Assembly: GCA_001179505.1 (NCBI GenBank)
Contig: CDMY01000153.1
Span: forward strand, 62,001-126,000
Source: Vitrella brassicaformis CCMP3155
Taxonomy: Eukaryota; Protista; Chromerida
DNA: 64,000 bases
Direction of reading: 5' to 3'
Shown here: piece by piece, positions 37,001 through 49,923 of the stretch
How the letters are laid out: each line of letters starts with the position of its first letter
Numbering within the stretch: the stretch's first letter is position 1
Made by a program: the position numbers and the translations under genes
Notes under the pieces: generated by a model
Databases searched by the model: none
Told to the model about the DNA's origin: nothing
What the model saw: only the letters and a program-made list of their open reading frames with translations

Positions 37001-40000
37001 CATGGCCTCATCGGTGGGCGGCTCATGGCGGCTCATGTCGCCGCCATCGCTCCCGGCGCGCGGCGTCTTGCCTTTGCTCTTGCGTCTTGAAACGAGGTCC
37101 TCCTCCTCGGACCCTTCGTCTGCCTCGTGGGCCGCTGCTGCTGCAGGAGCAGCCGCCTTCTTGGCCTTCTGAGTGGCTGCTTGCGCAAGATCCCGAATTT
37201 TGGACATTGTCAAGCCTCGCTTCGGCCGCGCCACACTGCGACGCTTGGAGGGCGAAGGAACCCCACCGTCGTCATCCTTGTCCTGATCACCGGCACCTGG
37301 TGTGCCAGCATCATCACCCGGTGGTCCTCCTGCTCCTGCTGCCGCAGCAGCTGCGGCCGCCGCAGGTTCGCCCTCAGGTTCGCCCTCAGGTTCATCGCTG
37401 ACTGCCGCATGCTCCTGCTGGTGCCTCTTCGATCTGCGTGGCGCGGGAACTTCACTCTCCAGCGCTGCTGGTGGGGGCTCGTGGATTGCCCTCGCCGCAG
37501 CTCGGACGGCAGGCCTCCTTCCAGCCCGTGAGCTACGGCCAGACGACACAGACGCGGCCGCAGGGAGAACGTCAGCCGGCTCCTCCAAGTGCTGTTGCTG
37601 TGGTGGGGGTGGGGGCTCACTGGCCGCCCGTGGCGGCGCGGGTGGCCCTTCGGGTCTCCTATGTGGCATGGGTGTGCTCCTACTTCTGTCTGGGACATCA
37701 GGCTGGGACTGGATGGACGGCTGCAGGCAGGGGGGCATCGAGGGTGGAAATAGAGCCGACAAGCCATGGACGACCTGCGGGTACTGCACAGGCACCTGTG
37801 GCTGTGCCGCTGCGGCTGCAGCAGCAGCTGCTGCTGCCAGCCGTGGCGGTGGTGCTGGCTGTGTAGCTGGCGGTGCCGCTGCCAGTGCCGGTGGGGCTTT
37901 CTCTTCTTCTTCAGAAGCCGCCTTGTCTGGCTCTTCGGGGGATTGCGGTGGCTCAACTTGTGCGTCTTCGGGCTTTGGCACCGTCGCAGCAGCAGCTGCA
38001 GCTGGCCGTTCTGCCTCAACGACTTGGTCTCTCAACGTCTCGGTGTCCATCGGCACGGCTGCTGGCTTCTTGGATGCGCCTGACTCGTCGACGATGGGCT
38101 GCTGTCGCTCCATCTCGATGTCCTCCTGCCTCTCCGCTGGCACCACCTCAGCCGCCACGGGCTCGACCGCCTTCGTGGGCGAAGGAACACCACCCTCTCT
38201 CTCCTCTGCCGCAATGGGAGCAGCGGCAGCAGTGGCAGCAGCAACGGGCTGTCCCGCCTCCGCCTCGACTTGGGCAGGCGAGGCATTGCCTGGGTGTTCC
38301 GCAGGCTGACTGGACGATGGGGTAGACTGCTTCTTGCCAACAGCTGCTCCCTTGCGCTTCTTCGTCAGGACCGTAGACGCCACTGGATCGTCGCCCAGGA
38401 ACGCAGGCCAGCGGACAGCTGGCGGCCCAACTTGCAGCAACGGCACCTGGTCTGTCGGCCCTTGGAGTGGCGGCATCTCCTGCTCTCTCTTGGTGGGCTG
38501 CACCTGCGGCCCCTTGTTGTCCTTGCCCGGGCTGCCCTTGCCCGCCACGCGACGGCGCTTCTTGCCCTTGGAGAGCTTGTCCAGCGTGACCTCTGGGCTG
38601 GAGTCCTCCCCACCCTCCTTGGCCTTGCTGGCCGCCGCCTCGGCCTTCTGCGGCACGACCCGCTCTTCAGTCTCCTCGTCGATTGGCGCAGCCGACTCGG
38701 CCAGCTGTTCCCTGGCCTTGTCGCCAGCCTCCCTGGCCGCCTTGCGCTGGGGGGGTCGCGAGGGGGCAGACACAGTGGCTGCAGCAGCAGCAGCAGCCGG
38801 CTGCTCCTCAGCCTTGGCCGCAGCTTTGGCTTCAACCTTGGTCTTCTTCTTGGGCGGCTCGGGGATGTCGGGCTCACGCTGCGTCTCCTCTTGCTTGACC
38901 GGTGGAAAGCCCTCCAGGTCAGCAACTGGCTGTTTCTCCGCTGGAGTGCCCTCGACGTCTGCAGCTGGGCCCGCAGGCTGAGCTTTCCTCTTGTCCACGT
39001 CGGGCGGTGGGGGGGCGGGAACAGCGTCATCCTTTGGCTGGGCCGGCTCGAGCACAGCTGCAGGGGCGGGTGCAGGGCCAGGTAGGGGCGGGGGCGGGGC
39101 TGGCGTGGTGTCCTTGTCCTCCTCCTCCGCCTCTTGGTCACGAGGACGCTTTAGACGCTGGACACAACGCAAGAGGAAAGCACATGCATAGACTTATCCG
39201 CCCCCCATGTGACTGACATGATCCATCGGCATGGCTGAGTGACGGACTGACCTTTTTCGGCTTGGCGGCTTTTTCCTCAGCGGGTGGCTCCTTTGCAGCT
39301 GGCGGCCTGGCCTCCTCCTTGGCGGCAGCCTTGCCCCGGGGCTTCTCGGCCGCCTTGGGCTTGGCCTTGCTTTGCACCGCGGCAGGAGCGGCAGGCTTGG
39401 CCCTTTCCTCCTCCTTGGCCTTGGCCTCTGCGAGTTTCTTCCGCCTGTTGTCCCTCTCCTTGTCCTTGGCGGCCTCCTGGTCCTTCCTCTGCTGCTCCCG
39501 CCGCTTGGCCGCCTCCACCTCACGCGCACGCTTCTCCTTGTCCTTGCTAACACCCAGGCCCGCCTTGACTGCCTTCTTGGCCTCAGCCTCGCCCCTCTTG
39601 CCCTGTCTGACTGACGCCCCACCCGCCCCACCCGCTGCTGCTCCGGCCCCAGCAGTTGCCTGTTTGGCCGGCTTCTTCTTGATCTGCGGCACGGCAGTCG
39701 TCTTGGGCTTGGGCTTGACGGCAGCGAGGACGGCCAGCGCAGGAGCGGCCGGCTCCTCCTTCTTGCTTTCCTCCTTCGCCTTCTCCTCGGGCACACGCTT
39801 CTTGGGTGGGGGCCAGACGACGGCCGGCTCGTCCATTGGGGGCCGAATGGACCCCGGCTGCGACAGATACTCGATGGATCGGCGGGCGTCGACAGACAGC
39901 TCGCGCTGGGCGGGGCGGCGAGACCACGGAAGGCCCAGGTCCTCGTCCGATGAGGGCTCGTCACACCGGGTGATGTACGCCGAGTCGGCCGATGCGGCAT

Positions 40001-40356
40001 TGGCGGTGGCACTGATGGCCTCCTGGGGGATGTCGGGCACCTTGAACCCCTCGTCATTGGTCACACCATTGACAAGCTGGTCGGCACCCGAGGATGCGGC
40101 AGCGGCACACGAGTCTTGCGGGAGGTCGAGGCGGGTGATGTCGTCGGGCGTGGGTTGGAAGAAGACGAAGGGCACGTCCTGCAGCGAGCGGGTGTGGTGT
40201 GTGGGGTCCCAGATGTGCATGGTGGCGATGGCGACGATGGTGGCGCGGCCGACGCCCCGCTGGACGGTGTGGAACAGATCCGTGTTGATGATCCTATCCA
40301 CCGTGCTGCTGTCCTCGGCGATGCAGATACCCATCTTGAGCCACTGGTGATACCTG

Positions 40357-40389
<33 letters not shown>

Positions 40390-42285
40390 CCAACGGGCGT
40401 CCAATCTGCCTGCCCATCACATGAAGGGCCCTCCCTCTCTCCCCGTCTGTCTGCACGGTCCCTCCCTTGGCTCACGTCAATTTGAAGTTAGTGATTCTGA
40501 GTTCGTATGTCATTCTCCTCCTGACGTAGAGGCCGAGGATGTCCTTGACCTGCTGCCTGTCGGTGATGGTCGGCAGCAGCCCAACCAGTGCGTCGGCCTT
40601 CCGCTCCTCGCACCGCCACACCGGAATCCTCTCGGCAGGGAGACCCGGCGCGCTCATCATGCAATCCCGTGCCTGACACTCCTCACGCTCCTAACACACA
40701 CAAGACAGAGCGGGAAACTCTCCATCCACCCACCCACGGCTACTTGGCTGACTCATGTGTGACATATATGAGGGGCACCGCACCCACCTGTTTGTCTCCA
40801 AACTTGCGGTCGGCCTCGAGTTTGGCCATAACGAGTCGAGCGGGTGCCAGCAGCTGAAAGGGGTCAGGGTGTGGCGTGATGCGGAAGCGGTAGAGCTCCA
40901 GCTTGCGGCCGTGCATGTGGCTGAAGAAGCGGCCGCAGCGCTTCTCCTTGCGGAAGGTCAGGAGGGCCACGTTGGTCTCGAGCCGCATGCGGGGCCCCCG
41001 GGGGTCGGTGAGGCGAGTGTAGTAGGGGCTGTCCTGGGGCTCCATCAGGGTCAGGCTCGTGATGCCCAGGAACTTGTTGGCCTCCTCACGCAGACTGTCG
41101 TCGGGGAACTGACGCTTCAGACGAATGTTCTTGTCCCGCACCTCCAGAAAATGATACCTTAAGGCACACACATCCAGAGAGAGAGAAAGGGAAGGACCCC
41201 ACAACACCGATCGGTTCATCACGTGTGTGCTCATTGTGGGTGTCCATCCCGTTCTTTGTCCCCTCCGAGGGTGGGTGGTTGCTTACAGGAGTTCTCTGAG
41301 CAGCTGGGTCTCGGTGAGGCAGTAGTAGACATTGACGAGGCAGAGGGACAGGGTGGCATCCGCGAAGGGTGCGGGCCACTCGTCGTGGCACCATGTGGTG
41401 GACCTGTTGGCCAGGGACACCTCCCGCTCCGGCGCACACTCCGCCGGCCACTCGACTTGCATTGGCATCATCAGCGTCCGCGTCTCCTTCTTGCCGCACC
41501 CCACCTCCACCGGACCCAGCAGAAACTTGCGGCAGCCCTCGGGGAACTCGGCGCATGGCCTGGTCTGCGGCAGCTCCTGCTTGCGGGCCTTGGCAAACCG
41601 CACCAAGTCGCTCTGGGGGTTCTGTGCGAGGTGGGTGTCGAGAAGGGCCTCGCACGTCAGCTCCAGCGGGTTGACGTCCGTCAGGACCTGTGACACGCAT
41701 GAGAGGCAACGCACGAGACGACACGACACACATGTTTGCTCGTGACTCCGGCCTGGCCATGAGTGGCGTGCGTCATGGCATGGCCACTCCCTCCCTCACC
41801 CACCCGTGGTGAGTTGAGGGTGTGGGCCATGGGATCTGCCTCACGGCACACGTAGAAGTCCTTTCGGGGCGGCTTGGGTGGCGGGAGCCGGATCTTGGGG
41901 TCGGGATACAGCTCCCTCTTGATTCTCCTGCACTCCTGCACGCGCCGCTCGCTCCAATCCCTGTCTTGGTAGAGGTCTGCCGTCCCTCGAGACCCGAGTG
42001 GGAGCTGTGTGGCAGAAGGCAGGGCGGGCGGCACCGGGGGACTCTGGTGGGACTCCTCCTTGACCTGCACGCTCCCACCAACACCGTCGCGAGGAGCATC
42101 GCCGTTGACAACGGCAGCAGCTGCTGCTGCTGCTGCAGCCACTGCATTCGAAAACGACTTCTGAAGCACAGGAGGGAAACACAGCGAGGGAGAGAGGGCC
42201 ACAGCCAACAGATGGGTGACACTCAATTGCTCTCTGATGATATTGGCTCTCTCTTCGCGGCGTGTGGTACCGGTGGAGGATCCAT
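34062..42285 (-). CDS. SET1-like histone lysine methyltransferase (probably H3K4) with a large disordered middle and an RRM-like N-terminal region
   Basis: C-terminal SET: LGQSKIAG|LGLFALDFIKRDEMVIEYTGELI...[21 protein letters not shown]...VAIYAKRDIQPGEELCYDYKL, then post-SET RCLCGSNKCRQFF*. Large low-complexity exons (35384-36637, 36713-39172, 39194-40350) are linked by GT-AG introns. Start codon is approximate. Confidence 0.85.
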
Positions 42286-42359
42286 GTTATTTTCAAGTTG
42301 TAGTAGGTGGATAGGGAAAGAAAGTCCTGCTTCTCCTTGCAGCAGCGGTTTCTGGGAGG

Positions 42360-42393
42360 ACCCTAACGATAACCCTAACGATCACCACCCTAA
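42360..42393. promoter_or_regulatory. Three ACCCTAA telomere-like (telo-box-like) motifs in the divergent SET1/M48 promoter
   Basis: ACCCTAA at 42360-42366, AACCCTAA at 42371-42378, ACCCTAA at 42387-42393. A regulatory role is inferred only. Confidence 0.4.
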
Positions 42394-42511
42394 GAGCGCG
42401 AGCTTAGACGCCAGTGGTACCGACAAGATCTGCCTCATCTCCCTGTGTCCCTGGGACGAGCAACGCCATAGAGCCGTCACCTCATCTTCTTTGGGCGCTG
42501 CTGCATCGGCC

Positions 42512-44523
42512 ATGGCTGTGCAATCCCGCATCCTTGCTGTTGCTGTGACTGTGGCGTCATTATGCGTCTCATTGAGCAAGGCTGCCGTGCTGGAGCAAGA
42601 CAGCAGGCGACGGGAGGCGGTTGTGACATCTCTGCTGGTCGATGGCGTGGACGCCTACTGCAGTCAGCTGCAGGCCGACGAGTGTGGGGCGTCACAGGTG
42701 TGCGATGTTGTCGACGACGGCGGCTGCCTGTCACAGATGAACATATATGAGCTGTCAACTCGCGGGATCAGCGATGCTCTGGGGGACCTCATGGCGGCCG
42801 AAGCTGATGCTGATCAAGAGCAGGAGGAAGAGAGTGGGTGGGATGCACTATCTCTCGTGGACAGTATGCAGCAGTTCCTTGGTGTGACACCCGGCGCAAC
42901 TGCTCCGGTGAGTGTGTCGTCACTGCACGCAATGTAATGTCGGCACGCCTGTCGGTCTGTCTGGCTATCTATGTGTTGTCCGGCACTGCGGTGGTTGATG
43001 GCTGCAGGTGCGTCAGCCGTCTAGGCGCCGCTATGCGTCACGCCTTGCTCGCCTCTCCGCTTCAGCTACAGCCGCTATCGCAACACAGTGAGTGCGGTCA
43101 TGTACACAGAGCAACAACGCCCTTGAGGGAGATGTGCGCTGCTTTATTGCGTGCACAGGGAGACCGCCGCACTGCCCTCATCTCCCTCTGTGTCTTCATT
43201 GCCATTGCCGGAGGACGGCCGTGTCAAGTTTCCTTTTCTGAAGGCGGAGCGGTTCCAGCATCCTCTGGACGTTCAGGCCTCTCGCCAAGTGAGGGCCGTC
43301 AGGGGCGTCGAGCAGGGCATCAGATTCTTGTTCAGGTAAGCCGAGCGCCCCTCACAAACACATCACACATCCAGCGCGCTTCACGCATACCACACAAGGA
43401 TGTGCGTGTGTGTGCATGGACTGGGCATGTCAGTGCGGTGCTTGAGGATGTGTTGCTGCTGGACAATTTGTCGTCGTCCGTCAAGGTGTCGGCCAAGCAG
43501 ATGCCCCGGCTGCACGCTCTGCTCAAGGAGGCGTGTGAGATACTCGACATGAAGGACATGCCAGACCTCTACGTGCGGCAAAACCCACAGCCAAATGCAT
43601 ACACTGTCGCAATACAGGTAAGTGTGGAACATCCATCGATGGCCTGCACAGCACAGCACACACATACAAAGCAAGCAAAGCACAACCCAGCCCCAGCAGC
43701 GTAGCGTCACGTCACTCGTGCGTGTCTCATTGACTGCATCCACATGATCTGATCTGCCTGGCAGGGTCGGAGGCCGTTCATCGTGGTGCACAGTTCCCTG
43801 GTTGACCTGATGACGCCCGCTGAGGTGCAGACCGTGTTGGCTCACGAGTTGGGTCACCTCAAGTGCGAGCACGGCATCTTCGCACTCTCGTCGGGGCTGC
43901 TTCAACTCATTCTCGACTCGCTCGGCGGCCGGGTGGGCCGGCGACTGGCGGCAGCACTCGAGCTGGCCACTCTCAGGTGGTCAAGGGCCGCAGAGTTCTC
44001 CTGCGACAGGGCTGCACTACTTGTAGCACAGGTGACTGAGTCAGTGAGTGAGTGGGACATAGATGAGAGAGCAGCGCATCTTTATCGATGAGTTATGTCT
44101 GTCGTGTTGATTGACGCAGGACGTGCGTGTGGTGGTGTCGACCTTCCTCAAGCTGGTTGGCGGGAGTGCGTCCATGTCAAACGAGCTGGATGTTGATGAA
44201 TTCCTCGCACAGGTCAGTCAGTCCCAACCGCACCGCGCCCCTCCCCGCCCCTCCACACACACTGTACATCTGGAAGACACCAATCAATGCCATCTGTATG
44301 TCACCTGTGTGTTGGGTGTATGCAGGCCAAGGCGCTAGACGAGTTGGAGCGTGCGCCTTTGATCCGTCTTTTCCGCGAGGCTGTGGCACTGAGGTCCACC
44401 CACCCGCTGCCGGTCCTGAGGGCACAGGAGCTGGAGCGGTGGTCGAGGGAGGCGCAGTACCAGGGGCTGCTCAACCGGGGCGTCCCTTTCACCACTGCTA
44501 CTGCTGACGTGCCAACTTCATGA
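42512..44523 (+). CDS. M48 family zinc metallopeptidase (plastoglobule PGM48/cyanobacterial type) with signal peptide
   Basis: FQHPLDVQAS...DLYVRQNPQPNAYT...RPFIVVHSSLVDLMTPAEVQTVLAHELGHLKCEHG (HExxH), WSRAAEFSCDRAALL (third ligand E), STHPLPVLRAQEL. Hydrophobic leader MAVQSRILAVAVTVASLCVSLSKA. Confidence 0.9.
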
Positions 44524-45448
44524 TGGATGCAGCAGACATGGACGAGTTTTGCGCGGGGGGGTGGGGGGGTGGGCAGGTGGCAGTCAGGTTTGTGCAAAGG
44601 CAGTGGGGGTGGCGGGGGGAAGCAAGGACATCCATATTAGATATCTGTCTGTCTCCCTCGATGAATATCTATCTGAGTCTGTATCCTGTACAGTCAGTCA
44701 TATTGATCAGCTCAACCCGTCAGTCAGGATTGATGATCGTCGATTCGCCGGGTGGTGGGTGGATCGATGCGCACACACATCCATTCCATGTTGTGTTGTC
44801 CGTGAGCGATTTTGTTTTGTGTTGGTGCTGTTTGTCGGTGGGGTGTGAGTGAATGAAGTGCAGTCTGGTCTCTCTGATGGAGAGGGAGGGCTGTGGCATA
44901 CATGTGTCTGTCCAATGCATCGGGTTTAGGCGCTCGGAGAGAGAGGTGAGTAAGATGACTAGAGTGAGTGGGTGGGTGGGTGCGTCAGCCTGCCCTGCCC
45001 GCCTTCCGTCTCCCTCTGTCCTGTTCACACGCAGATGGACAGCATAGCATGGTGCTGGTGGGTGGATGCGATGCGATGCGATGCATGTATTCCGAAACGC
45101 TTCACGAGACAGACACATCCCATGGCAGTCCAGTCAACCGCTTGCCCTCGCATCTCATCCACCCGATGGGTGCATCTTTCTCGTACCTCGACGGTACAAT
45201 TTCTTCCTATATCCATCCCGCCAGGGGATGGCTGACACGGAGCAGGGAAAAACCCTTCGGCACTTGAGCCCTAAAGCCGAACGAACCCTGAACCTGGAAA
45301 TCGGCACACAGCAAAGACGGCGACGTAGCGAGTACATACGTGAATATGTTGGATTCGGTTCTCCATAGCATCCGGCCTCCTCCGGCTGCATTCCATCTAT
45401 CTAGCACTGCAGAGGGCAGGGCACCGACGGTGAGTTAGTTTGAGAGCT

Positions 45449-48400
45449 ATGGTCAAGGCGCAGATTCAAATATACGCCCGCCTCAGGCCGAGAACCAGGT
45501 GACAATTCACAGCCAACTCGTCGCTGTGTGTTGATATATGCATCGAAGCTTCTGCCCTCTCTCTCTCTCTCTCTCTCTCTTTCTCTGTATTTGGTACATG
45601 CAGTCGTCATGTGGCGCGCTACAAGGTGTGCGACAGCGGCTCTCCATCCAACGGCAGCGGCGCCTGCAGCCCAGCAGCCTCTTTGACATTCGAGATACCA
45701 CCCGCATCCACGGCGTCGAACCAGGTACAGTGCAGTCAGCAGGTTGATGGATGAAGGGACGGACGGTACATCCGCTGCAGTGAGTGCCCAGTCCAGTCAT
45801 GCAGGAGGAGATGCACAGTGCATGTCTGTCTGCACTGCAGGCGAGTCTGTCCTTCTCATTTCATGGCGTCTTTGACGAGAGTGCAAGTACGTGAGCGGAC
45901 AGGGATGCACTGTGTATGCAGTGCACATGCCATGCACTCGACACACGCGTGTGTGTGTGTATGTGTGTGTGTGTGCGTCCAGATCAGTCCAGCGTGTTTG
46001 AGAGGGTTGCCTATCCCGTCCTGCTCAGCTGCATTGAAGGCTATAACGGAACGGTGCGTGGCGGGCGGGCGATGGAGGGAGGGAGGGAGCAGGGGCATGG
46101 CAAGGGTGACAGGCAGACAGCCCCTGTCTGAGCGTCCATCTCATGTCCCTCATGCAGATTTTTTGCTACGGGCAGACTGCGAGCGGCAAGACCCACACCA
46201 GTACGTGCCAGGCGTGGCGTGGCGTGGCGTGGCAAGATGGTCCAAGCGATGCATTAATGTGTGTTGCCTTCCTTCTTTGCCCTTGTTCGTTCTTCTACGC
46301 AGTGACGGGCGACGCTTCGTTCGACAACAGGGGGCTCATACCGAGATGCCTAGAGGTGGGTGGGGGAGCTGGCCAGCAGCACAGCACAGCACGGGAACTG
46401 TGGTAGGTATGTGTGCACTGTGTGTGTGTCGCGGCAGGCTCTGTTTGACGAGTTGAAGAATCGTCAGCAGAACACCCTCTACAGCGTGTCGGTCTCCTTC
46501 ATCGAAATATACAACGAAAACTGGTCCGTCCGCATGTCAGTACTATGCAGCGAATCGACGTGCGCACAGGATGACGCACCCAATTGTCCTTCTGTCGTGT
46601 GTGTGTCTATGCGGATGCCCTATCTATATCAGCTACGATTTGTTGGCGGAGGGTCAGGGTCAGGTGCCGATAGAGCAGTGGCCAAAGATCAACTGCTTCG
46701 AGGACGAGACCGCCAACCTCAGACTCAGAGGCCTCACACTCAGGGAGGTATGAGCAGCGCAGCACAGCAGCTGACCCCCCACAGCACACACAACCCACTC
46801 TACTGTGTGTATATGGATGTGTGTGTGTGTGTTGGTGTGTAGGTTGGTGGCACTCGTGAGGGGCTGGATGTGTTGTTTCTGGGCATCGCCAACAGGATGG
46901 TCTCCACCACTCCGGTTGGCAAGTTAATCCCTTTAGAGGCCTGAGAGCCGATACATCCATCCATCATGTGTCTGTCTGTGCCTGTTCCCTCTCTCTGTCT
47001 TGTCCTGTTGGGCGTCGGGCCGGCAGATGAATGAGGCGTCCAGTAGATCTCACTGCATATTCACCATTGCTATTGAGGTGACTCACACACGCCAGCCAGC
47101 CAGCAGAGGGAGAAGAAAAGATGCCGTGACGCGTACGTAGGAAGGATGGTGTGGGTGTGGGTGTGTGTATATATGCCGTCAGGGTCGCTCTCGCGACAAC
47201 GAGCATGTGGTGCGCTACTCGAAGCTGCACCTGGTCGACCTGGCAGGGAGTGAAAGGTATCAACCAAATAAACATACACAGCCAGCCGTGAGCTGGCCAT
47301 CGATGGATGGATGGATGTGACTGATTCGTGCCTTCCTTCCTTGTCACATGTATGTATGTATGTATCAATCCCATCAATCAGGGTGCACAAGATGGGTTTG
47401 GGTGGTGCGATGCTCAACGAGGCCAAGTACATCAACCTTTCACTTCACTTCTTAGAGCAGGTACGTACCTACCTATAGATGGACACAGCCAGGCAGGCAG
47501 CACCGCAAACCAACAGACAGAGCGTTTAACAGACACGTGCTTTCGTTGTGCTCACCTCACACGTGGCAGGTGATAGTCGCTCTGCAGGACAAGGCCAAAG
47601 GCTCTCGGTAAGGGCACATGCATTGCGACCATACACACATCCCTCCGTCCATTCACGCGCTTCCTCGTCCGTGTGTCTGTCAGTTCGCACATCCCATATC
47701 GCAACTCGATGCTGACGTCCATCCTGCGCGACTCCCTCGGCGGGAACTGCAAGACCAACGTCATTGCCAACATGTCAGTCGACATGTCATGCCTCGAGGA
47801 GACCATATCCACTGCTCGCTTCGCCCAGCGGTGCTCGGCGCTCTCCAATGACGTGCGCATCAACGAAACGGTGGACTTGAGGAGGCTGGTCGACCGGCTG
47901 ATGCAGGAGAATCAGGTGTGTGTGGGAGTGTTGCCATGTGTGCCGGCACATGGGCATTATGTGTGTGGTGGTTGTGTGACTGCATGTCAGGATCTGAAGG
48001 CCGAGAATGCGTATCTGCGTGCTCGTGCTGAGGACCCCAACTTCAACACCATCTCCAACACCGACGCTGACAAGGACAACCACACACAGCCTAGCAACAA
48101 CCAAAAGCCAACACAGTAAGCGCCTGCACGGCCTCGCACTGTCTATCACTCTTCCCTTGCTTGCTTCAGGCCCCCAGTCTCGTCTTCTGAGGCCGCTCCC
48201 ATTCCCCCACCCGCCCGTGCAGCAGACGACGATCATCCCGCCCCCATCCCCTCCCCGAGCACCACCACCCGCAACAGCCCCCCATGTGAGACCTTCTACC
48301 GCGTCCCATCACCCATGCTTAACAACGACGACACGCTTCCGCCAAAGGTCAACAGCACGGCAGCGGCACGCGATGGCGACGGCAGCCCGGCTGTGCCAGA

Positions 48401-49923
48401 GGGTAACGGCGGCAACGGGGATGGTGACTCGCCCGCGTCGTTCGAAGGGCTGCTGGGAGAGGAGAGGCGGGGTGCTCAGAGGCCCCACACGCATAGGAGG
48501 GAGAGGGGGGGCAAGCGGAGGGGGGAAAAGATATGGAGACTCTCCGATGTAAGCCGGCATGCATGGATGGACGTCACAATATATTAATTGGCCACAAGTG
48601 CGTTCTTTGCTTTGTGTGTGCACGTTCAGGTGTTGGATCGTGTTGAGCGTAGCGGTCACAAGGAGACCATCCTGGAGAAGCTGCTGAGCGACAGGGGCGG
48701 CACGGGGCGCGGTGGACTCAATGGCCTCGGCATGGACTTTGAGGTCAGCTCACAGGCACATGCATTCATCGAACCGGACACACGCGGCGTGTCTGCGTGT
48801 GTGTGCGCAGTTCAGCTGTGTTGGCGATTTGGCCGTGGTGATCCAGTCCCTTCTTGGGGAGATAGAGCGGCTCAAGGTCAGACAAGCCGCCACTAATTGC
48901 ATCCAGCCATCAGAATAAGCGATGCTGCCCGTCTCATGTGCGTTCCCCTGTTGCCCTCAGGGTGGTCAAGGCCCTCTGCCTCGCCCCATCGCCCCCTCCC
49001 CCCTCAGCCATGGGTCCCATCGCTCGACCTTCATCCCATCCCTCGCACGAGCAGCATCAGGCTCGCGCCTCAGACACCGCACCCAGGACACTGACACACT
49101 CCCGGGGGAGAGGCAAGACTCTAGCCGTGGCAGCAGGAGCCGACTTCCCAGCACCGACCCAAAGGCCCGTCCAGCGAGCGCTGGCAAGCCAATGATGGGC
49201 GGCACCGGCGGCTCGTCCACTGCGAATCGGTCGGGGTCGACGGACAGGGGAGGTGGGCGGCCCTCGCCTCTGTCGGGTGGTGGTGCTGGCAGGGTAGCTG
49301 ACGTGCATCCGCCATCGTACGCCGACTACTGCAAGGGCGGCTGGCGCGATGGTGGCGGCAAGGAGGGCATCATGACACGATCGGATGTGATAGCCGCGAA
49401 AGTCGAGGACAGCGTGGCGGAGGAGAGGAGGGCTCTGCTCGAGTGGAAGAGCCAGCCCCAGCCTGCAGTTGACACTACTGCCGCCTTCCAGCTGACAGCA
49501 GGAAGGGCAGTGGACCATCCGAGCACAGGGCCACACCGCAGCCCGTCTGTCGGCCTTCGCAAGCCGTTGCTAGCCTCTTCGAGCACTGCCCAGCTACAAG
49601 GTGTTCCCCCACCAGCCCTCGCCAGTGCCCGATCGGGCGTCTTCCAGAGGCCGCCCCCCCCCAGCTCACCCATGACCCAACGCCGGAGAGAGCCAGAGAC
49701 AGCCGAGGTGCGGCAGATAGATTTGCGGCAATCAAGACCGTTCCGCTTCGGGGACAGCACCAAGAGCACCCCTTTTGCTGCGGGCAAGGCGGGAGGGAGG
49801 AGGGCCGATCCAGGCGACCGGCATGGCGGTGGATTTAGCGGTGGCATATATGATTCGTCGCCCTCTCTGCCGTCATCGAGCTCCTTTCTGAGAGTGCCTG
49901 CGGGGGGCTGGCGAGATGGATGA
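45449..49923 (+). CDS. KIF6: Kinesin-9 family motor (KIF6-like)
   Basis: MVKAQIQIYARLRP; FCYGQTASGKT; SFIEIYNE; MNEASSRSHCIFTI; KLHLVDLAGSER; EAKYINLSLHFLEQ|VIVAL; HIPYRNSMLTSILRDSLGGNCKT; TARFAQR; disordered tail to 49923. Confidence 0.92.

Noticed and set aside
36740-40350. Long + strand ORFs (for example 37302-38309, 38270-39085, 39262-40350) opposite the SET gene
   Set aside because: These are antisense shadows of GC-rich low-complexity coding exons, which have few stop codons, and they show no domain features.
46160-46200. Kinesin P-loop GQTASGKT instead of GQTGSGKT
   Set aside because: It still fits GxxxxGKT and occurs in active kinesins such as CENP-E.
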